A DNA stretch of 54,473 nucleotides, taken from IMG/VR virus record IMGVR_UViG_2588253749_000004, one strand, 5' to 3'. The notes under the pieces were generated by a model that saw nothing but the letters and a program-made list of their open reading frames with translations, was not told where the DNA came from and did not search any database. The position numbers were made by a program, and so were the translations under genes. This document shows positions 46,697-54,473 of this stretch, one piece after another; positions within the stretch are counted from its first letter, which is position 1; every line of letters starts with the position of its first letter. This DNA comes from a virus. Its lineage: Duplodnaviria; Heunggongvirae; Uroviricota; Caudoviricetes.

Positions 46697-47116
46697 ATGG
46701 TTCATGAAGATAAAGCGCGTAAAGAGTTCGCCAGTAGGCTTGCGCTAGCCTGTGAAAACGCTGGTTATGAACAACATGGAAGGCAGGCAGAAATTGCCCG
46801 TCGAATGAAATTAACACCAAAAGCGGTTAGCAAATGGTTTAATGGCGAAACAATTCCTCGCCGGGAGAAATTAAGGGAATTAGCAACACTAATAGGAACA
46901 ACACCAACCTATCTTTTGGGAGAGGATACAGAAGAAAGTGGACAGGTACGTTTCTATCAGGAGTTAAACCCAAGACAAAAAATCATCATTGACCTTCTGG
47001 ACGAGCTCCCTGACAGTGAGACAGATGAACTTTTAAAAACTCTTGAAGAGAAAAAACAGAAGTACAATGCAATTTACGAAGAGTTAGCACGAAAGAAAAA
47101 ACAAAAAGCCTCTTAA
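46697..47116 (+). CDS. XRE-family HTH repressor (RacR/CI-like prophage repressor)
   Basis: 139 aa; HTH_XRE (QAEIARRMKLTPKAVSKWFNGETIP); divergently transcribed from the ydaS-like gene with a 79-bp intergenic region. Confidence 0.75.
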   Translation: MVHEDKARKEFASRLALACENAGYEQHGRQAEIARRMKLTPKAVSKWFNGETIPRREKLRELATLIGTTPTYLLGEDTEESGQVRFYQELNPRQKIIIDLLDELPDSETDELLKTLEEKKQKYNAIYEELARKKKQKAS

Positions 47117-47413
47117 ACCAGCATAAATCCGGTAGCGCCTTCCTCCGGGTTTGTGCTTCACTTTATCCCATCTCATTTTTTTACACACAAAATGTACTAA
47201 AAGTACTTTACAACAATGAACGCAAAGTACATTATATGCCTGCCACCCACCCCGCCCCACAGAATGCAGGGCAATACTTCGAGTTACCAGGCAGTGGTCA
47301 GGGGTTAAGTAGCCAGCCCGAGGCGTAAGAACATGACGGCAGGGTTCAACTTTAATAACTATGCAGCAGGTTTTTGTTCCGCTACCCCGGCGTTAAGGGG
47401 AAATGAGGTCAGC

Positions 47414-47569
47414 ATGGATACTATCGATCTTGGCAACAGCGAATCTCCGGTATGTGGCGTGTTCCCCAACCAGGACGGTACGTTCACCGCGATGACGTAT
47501 ACCAAAAGCAAAACGTTTAAAACCGAAAATGGTGCCCGTCGCTGGCTGGAAAGAAACTCAGGTGAGTGA
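47414..47569 (+). CDS. YdaF-like small protein (DUF1391)
   Basis: 51 aa MDTIDLGNSESPVCGVFPNQDGTFTAMTYTKSKTFKTENGARRWLERNSGE; identity recalled from memory, unverified. Confidence 0.55.
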   Translation: MDTIDLGNSESPVCGVFPNQDGTFTAMTYTKSKTFKTENGARRWLERNSGE

Positions 47570-47570
47570 T

Positions 47571-48146
47571 ATGGATTTCGACACAATCATGGAAAAGGCT
47601 TACGAAGAATACTTCGAAGGTCTTGCCGAAGGCGAAGAAGCTCTCAGCTTCAGTGAGTTTAAACAGGCACTCAGAATAAGAATGTGCTCTCACAATGACG
47701 CGGAGCACAAATATGAGAAGCAAAATCAGACCGCAGAAAATTTTGTTCTGGAACCCGGAGAAACGCTTTTCAAAATTCCCGTTACGTGCCCCATTTGCGG
47801 TTTTACATCAGAAGAACTTGACGACTCCTGTAACAATCAGGAAACAACCAAGTATGTCGAAGATGATACCGAGTGCGCACTAAGAACGATTATATCCACG
47901 AGTCCAAACTCCAGGACCAATAAATCTCACTTTGAGAGGGTGATTAATCCACTCCCCCAAACCAATAAAAAAGATGCCGGAGGACAAAAAACCCAATGGA
48001 ACAACGGGATATCTGTCAAAAAAAGACGTTCCATTAAAGACAAACAACGCAGCGCCAACAACTGTAAGCGCTTTATACCAGTAATCAATTTTCATGTTCT
48101 TAAGCGGATTTATTGGTGGTTGCGACATTGCTTAATGAATCCTTAA
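47571..48146 (+). CDS. Hypothetical early protein with CxxC zinc-ribbon-like motif
   Basis: ORF from MDFDTIMEKAYEEY...; the C-terminal third is low-complexity and overlaps a minus-strand membrane ORF, so the true extent is uncertain. Confidence 0.35.
   Translation: MDFDTIMEKAYEEYFEGLAEGEEALSFSEFKQALRIRMCSHNDAEHKYEKQNQTAENFVLEPGETLFKIPVTCPICGFTSEELDDSCNNQETTKYVEDDTECALRTIISTSPNSRTNKSHFERVINPLPQTNKKDAGGQKTQWNNGISVKKRRSIKDKQRSANNCKRFIPVINFHVLKRIYWWLRHCLMNP
47880..48128 (-). CDS. Possible small 2-TM membrane protein
   Basis: 82-aa ORF with two hydrophobic segments; antisense to the previous ORF, so one of the two may be spurious. Confidence 0.3.
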   Translation of the reverse strand: MSQPPINPLKNMKIDYWYKALTVVGAALFVFNGTSFFDRYPVVPLGFLSSGIFFIGLGEWINHPLKVRFIGPGVWTRGYNRS

Positions 48147-48632
48147 AACTGTGGTGATTTTAAGGATACCACCTCGCCTGACGTGGTTAAAAGCAGGCAC
48201 ACAACACGAAAGCGCACGGCGAAGTTCGTCTCACTGTACGGTGTCGTTAAATTTAATTCGACCGTGCGCTTCCGGTTGTGGCAACCCGCGAAATGGCGCG
48301 GCGGTAAGTATGGCGGGGTTATTCCTTCCCCGTTGAGGACACCGAGTTGTCAGGTTGACCATACGCTTAAGTGACAACCCCGCTGCAACGCCCTCTGTTA
48401 TCAATTTTCTGGTGACGTTTGGCGGTATCAGTTTTACTCCGTGACTGCTCTGCCGCCGTTTTTAAAGTGAATTTTGTGATGCGGTGAATGCGGCTAAGCG
48501 CACGCGGAACAGTTAAAACCAAAAACAGTGTTATGGGTGGATTCTCTGTATCCGGCGTTAATTGTTAACTGGTTAACGTCACCTGGAGGCACCAGGCACT
48601 GCATCACAAAATTCATTGTTGAGGACGCGATA

Positions 48633-48821
48633 ATGAAAACGTTATTACCAAACGTTAATACGTCTGAAGGTTGTTTTGAAATTGGTGTCACTATCAGTAA
48701 CCCTGTATTTACTGAAGATGCCATTAACAAGAGAAAACAAGAACGGGAGCTATTAAATAAAATATGCATTGTTTCAATGCTGGCTCGTTTACGTCTGATG
48801 CCAAAAGGATGTGCACAATGA
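48633..48821 (+). CDS. Small hypothetical protein (62 aa)
   Basis: ORF from MKTLLPNVNTSEG; its TGA overlaps the next gene's ATG (ATGA coupling). Confidence 0.4.
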   Translation: MKTLLPNVNTSEGCFEIGVTISNPVFTEDAINKRKQERELLNKICIVSMLARLRLMPKGCAQ

Positions 48822-49009
48822 ATTCAGCATTTGCGCTTGTTCTGACAGTTTTTCTTGTTTCCGGAGAGCCAGTTGATATTGCAGTCAGTGTTCACAGGAC
48901 AATGCAGGAGTGTATGACTGCAGCAACCGAACAGAAAATTCCCGGTAACTGTTACCCGGTCGATAAAGTTATTCACCAGGATAATAACGAAATCCCGGCA
49001 GGTCTTTAA
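48818..49009 (+). CDS. Small hypothetical protein with signal-peptide-like N-terminus
   Basis: 63 aa MNSAFALVLTVFLVSGEPVD...; translationally coupled to the upstream gene. Confidence 0.4.
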   Translation: MNSAFALVLTVFLVSGEPVDIAVSVHRTMQECMTAATEQKIPGNCYPVDKVIHQDNNEIPAGL

Positions 49010-51476
49010 AACAGTTCCGTAATAAACATCCGATTTCATTCTTATATGCCAGCAATGGCAGGGATTTGTTCACCCTTAAATCTGTAATGAGGTAAAACAA
49101 AATGAGTAAAGTCTTTATTTGCGCCGCCATTCCGGACGAACAGGCAATAAAGGAAGAAGGTGCCGTCACTGTAGCCACTGCCATTGAAGCCGGTGATGAA
49201 CGTCGCGCCCGCGCAAAATTTCACTGGCAATTCCTGGAACATTATCCGGCTGCTCAGGACTGCGCTTATAAATTTCTTGTTTGCGAGGATAAACCCGGTA
49301 TACCCCGCCCTGCCCTCGATTCCTGGGATGCTGAATATATGCAGGAAAACCGCTGGGATGAGGCGTCTGCTTCCTTTGTCCCGGTCGAGACTGAATCCGA
49401 TCCGATGAACGTCACTTTTGACAACCTAGCCCCTGAAGTACAGAACGCTGTCATGGTTAAGTTCGACACATGTGAAAACATCACTGTTGATATGGTGATT
49501 AGCGCACAGGAATTGTTGCAGGAAGACATGGCAACATTCGACGGCCATATCGTTGAAGCGTTGATGAAAATGCCAGAAGTTAACGCTATGTATCCGGAGC
49601 TTAAGCTGCATGCCATCGGGTGGGTTAAGCATAAATGTAAGCCTGGTGCCAAATGGCCCGAAATTCAGGCAGAGATGCGCATCTGGAAAAAACGTCGCGA
49701 AGGTGAACGCAAGGAAGCCGGAAAATACACGTCTGTTGTTGATCTCGCCCGCGCCAGAGCCAATCAACAGCACACTGAAAATTCAACAGGAAAAATCAAC
49801 CCGGTCATTGCTGCCATTCATCGCGAATACAAGCAGACATGGAAAACACTGGATGACGAACTGGCCTACGCTCTCTGGCCTGGTGATGTGGATGCCGGAA
49901 ACATTGACGGCAGCATCCATCGCTGGGCAAAAAATGAAGTTATCGACAACGACCGCGAAGACTGGAAGCGTATCTCGGCATCAATGCGCAAACAGCCTGA
50001 TGCCCTTCGCTACGACCGCCAGACTATTTTTGGCCTTGTCCGTGAACGTCCGATCGACATTCACAAAGACCCTGTGGCACTGAACAAATACATTACTGAA
50101 TACCTGACTACAAAGGGCGTGTTTGAAGATGAAGGAACAAATCAGAGCGCAACTGATACTCTCTCGTCGCCAGTACCAGAAACTGATGCAGTGGAAACGG
50201 CAATTCCAGACAACGAAAAAACCGAATGCAAAGTGGAAGTCGAACCATCTGTAGAACGTGAGGGGCCGTTCTACTTCCTCTTCACCGACAAGGATGGCGA
50301 AAAATACGGTCGCGCAAATAAACTTTCTGGTCTGGATAAGGCGCTGTCTGCTGGGGCTACTGAAATCACGAAAGAAGAATATTTCGCCCGCAAAAACGGT
50401 ACATACTCAGGTTCACAACAAAATACTGGTGCATCTGACACGACCGCACAACCAGGGTCAGTAAAAGTTACCGCTGACGAAGTAAACAAAATTATGCAGG
50501 CAGCCAATATCAGCCAGCCTGACGCCGATGAACTGCTTGCAGTATCACGTGGTGAATTTGTTGAAGGGATTAGCGACCCGAATGATCCGAAATGGATTAA
50601 GGGGATCCAGACCCGCGATTCTGTGAACCAGAACCAGCAAGAAACGGAACAGAACGACCAGAAAGCGGAACAAAACAGCCCAAATACGCAACAAAACGAG
50701 CCAGAAACGAAACAACCTGAACCAGTAGTGCAACAGGAACCGGAAAAGATCTGCACCGCCTGCGGTCAGAGCGGTGGCGGCAACTGCCCTGATTGTGGTG
50801 CGGTGATGGGTGACGCAACATACCAGGAAATATTCGATGGAGAGAATCAGCCTGAAGTTCAGGAAAATGATCCGGAGGAAATGGAAGGCACTGCGCATCA
50901 GCACAAGGAGAACACTGGCGGCAATCAGCATCATGCCAGCGATAGTGAAACTGGCGAGGCGTCAGATCCCTTAATTAAGGCAAACGGTCATCATAATCTC
51001 ACATCCACCAGCAGAACGGGGATTCATCTGATGATCGACCTTGAAACCATGGGAAAAAATCCCGATGCCCCGATTATCTCAATAGGTGCAATATTTTTCG
51101 ATCCGCAAACCGGAGATATGGGACCGGAATTTAGTAAGACTATCGATCTGGAAACTGCTGGCGGAGTCATTGATCGGGACACCATTAAATGGTGGCTTAA
51201 ACAATCACGCGAAGCGCAATCTGCCATTATGACCGATGAAATCCCGTTAGATGATGCACTGTTACAATTGCGGGAATTTATCGACGAAAACTCCGGTGAA
51301 TTTTTTGTTCATGTCTGGGGAAATGGAGCCAACTTCGACAACACGATTTTGCGCCGTTCATACGAACGGCAGGGGATCCCCTGCCCGTGGCGTTACTACA
51401 ACGATCGCGATGTACGCACAATCGTTGAGCTGGGGAAAGCCATAGACTTCGATGCCAGAACGGCTATTTGTAGTGG

Positions 51477-52808
<1,332 letters not shown>

Positions 52809-52906
52809 TGATCCCGAGTCAGGCTGATTCTTAATGTTCAACTGTCGCCGGTTGTGACTGGTATTCTGCAACCGGCGCTCGTCTGATGTAAGAGATAAAG
52901 AAATCG

Positions 52907-53158
52907 ATGAGCAAAGTAATCATGATTGTCTCTCCCGGCAAATGGGTATCCGAAGAGCAGTTAATTGCGCTGAAAGGAATAAAAAAAGGTACGTTAAAAA
53001 AGGCCCGGGAAAAATCGTTTATGGAAGGAAGGGAATATAAGCATGTCGCTCATGACGGTATGCCATGGGATAACAGTCCATGCTTTTACAACCTGGAAGA
53101 AATTGATCGCTGGATTGAGCGCCAGGCATCAGCAAGACCAAGACGTCATCTTACTTGA
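52907..53158 (+). CDS. xis: Putative excisionase / small DNA-binding protein
   Basis: 83 aa immediately upstream of int; basic N-terminus. Confidence 0.5.
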   Translation: MSKVIMIVSPGKWVSEEQLIALKGIKKGTLKKAREKSFMEGREYKHVAHDGMPWDNSPCFYNLEEIDRWIERQASARPRRHLT

Positions 53159-53177
53159 CTAAAAGCCACACTAACTA

Positions 53178-54473
53178 ATGAGAGAAGTTGAAATGAAATA
53201 TCCGACAGGCGTGGAAAACCATGGAGGGAAATTACGTATCTGGTTTGTTTATAAAGGCGTAAGAGTCAGGGAAAATCTGGGGGTTCCTGACACAGCAAAA
53301 AACAGGCGCGTTGCAGGTGAACTACGCTCCTCTGTTTGTTACGCAATAAAAACTGGTGTTTTCGACTATGCAAAACAGTTTCCCTCCTCACGCAATCTGG
53401 AAAAATTTGGTGAGGCCCGACAAGATTTAACCATAAAAGAACTGGCTGAAAAATTTCTGGCACTGAAAGAAACTGAAGTCGCCAAAACATCACTCAACAC
53501 ATACCGTGCCGTCATCAAAAATATCCTGAGCATAATCGGTGAAAAAAATCTTGCCTCATCGATTAATAAAGAAAAATTACTGGAGGTTCGTAAAGAGCTA
53601 CTGACTGGATACCAGATCCCCAAAAGTAACTATATTGTTACACAACCAGGGAGATCGGCTGTAACTGTAAATAATTACATGACAAATCTTAACGCCGTGT
53701 TCCAGTTTGGTGTTGATAACGGTTACCTGGCAGATAACCCGTTTAAGGGGATCTCGCCATTAAAGGAATCAAGAACCATTCCGGATCCTCTTTCGCGGGA
53801 GGAATTCATCCGTCTTATCGATGCGTGCAGAAATCAGCAAGCCAAAAATTTATGGTGTGTTTCTGTTTATACTGGCGTTCGCCCTGGTGAGCTGTGTGCA
53901 CTTGGATGGGAGGACATAGATCTGAAAAATGGAACAATGATGATCAGGAGAAATTTAGCAAAAGACCGTTTCACGGTCCCAAAAACACAGGCGGGAACCA
54001 ATCGGGTCATTCATCTTATTAAGCCAGCAATCGACGCTCTCCGGAGTCAGATGACATTAACGAGACTGAGCAAAGAGCATATCATTGATGTTCACCTCAG
54101 AGAGTATGGCAGAACAGAAAAACATAAATGCACCTTTGTTTTTCAACCTGAAGTGTCAGCGAGAGTAAAAAATTATGGTGACCATTTTACCGTTGACTCA
54201 ATAAGGCAGATGTGGGACGCAGCGATAAAACGTGCCGGACTCCGCCATCGAAAATCATATCAGTCGAGACATACTTATGCCTGCTGGTCGCTGACAGCTG
54301 GTGCTAACCCGGCATTTATAGCAAACCAGATGGGCCATGCAGATGCGCAAATGGTATTTCAGGTATACGGAAAATGGATGTCTGAAAACAATAATGCACA
54401 GGTAGCTTTGTTAAATACACAGTTAAGCGAGTTTGCCCCAACCATGCCCCATAACGAAGCAATGAAAAATTAA
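53178..54473 (+). CDS. int: Tyrosine site-specific integrase
   Basis: About 426-431 aa; C-terminal catalytic region with R...HxxR...Y motifs (RHTYACW ... VYGKW); ends at the window edge. Confidence 0.9.
   Translation: MREVEMKYPTGVENHGGKLRIWFVYKGVRVRENLGVPDTAKNRRVAGELRSSVCYAIKTGVFDYAKQFPSSRNLEKFGEARQDLTIKELAEKFLALKETEVAKTSLNTYRAVIKNILSIIGEKNLASSINKEKLLEVRKELLTGYQIPKSNYIVTQPGRSAVTVNNYMTNLNAVFQFGVDNGYLADNPFKGISPLKESRTIPDPLSREEFIRLIDACRNQQAKNLWCVSVYTGVRPGELCALGWEDIDLKNGTMMIRRNLAKDRFTVPKTQAGTNRVIHLIKPAIDALRSQMTLTRLSKEHIIDVHLREYGRTEKHKCTFVFQPEVSARVKNYGDHFTVDSIRQMWDAAIKRAGLRHRKSYQSRHTYACWSLTAGANPAFIANQMGHADAQMVFQVYGKWMSENNNAQVALLNTQLSEFAPTMPHNEAMKN

Overview
The window is almost entirely one lambdoid prophage of about 53 kb, sitting at the E. 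coli ydfJ (Qin) locus. It runs from a 5'-truncated ydfJ at the left edge to a tyrosine integrase ending at the right edge. All calls come from reading the six-frame translations and the sequence by eye; no database search was run. Layout, right to left: int/xis and early-left genes (+ strand); a Rac-like immunity module (XRE repressor divergent from ydaS/ydaT-like genes); an O-like replication gene carrying intragenic CGTGAC iterons; a nin-region equivalent holding hokD and a visibly AT-rich island with an AbiH-family gene plus an unknown 465-aa partner; Q antiterminator; a second cargo island (AraC regulator, frameshifted ybgA-like gene, Blc lipocalin paralog); a phage-21-type lysis cassette (pinholin, SAR endolysin, Rz/Rz1); cspI/gnsB-like genes; cos and terminase; a Gifsy-2-like head module; and a complete lambda-like tail module (V, G/T, H, M, L, K, I, J, lom, stf, tfa) followed by a Pin invertase and ydfK. 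Four IS elements with intact target-site duplications are present: IS100 in the portal gene, an IS66-family element upstream of a small gene, IS2 next to a small gene, and an IS911-like element in an exonuclease gene. The prophage is therefore probably defective. The most interesting candidate is the AbiH-family two-gene operon at 41723-44073.
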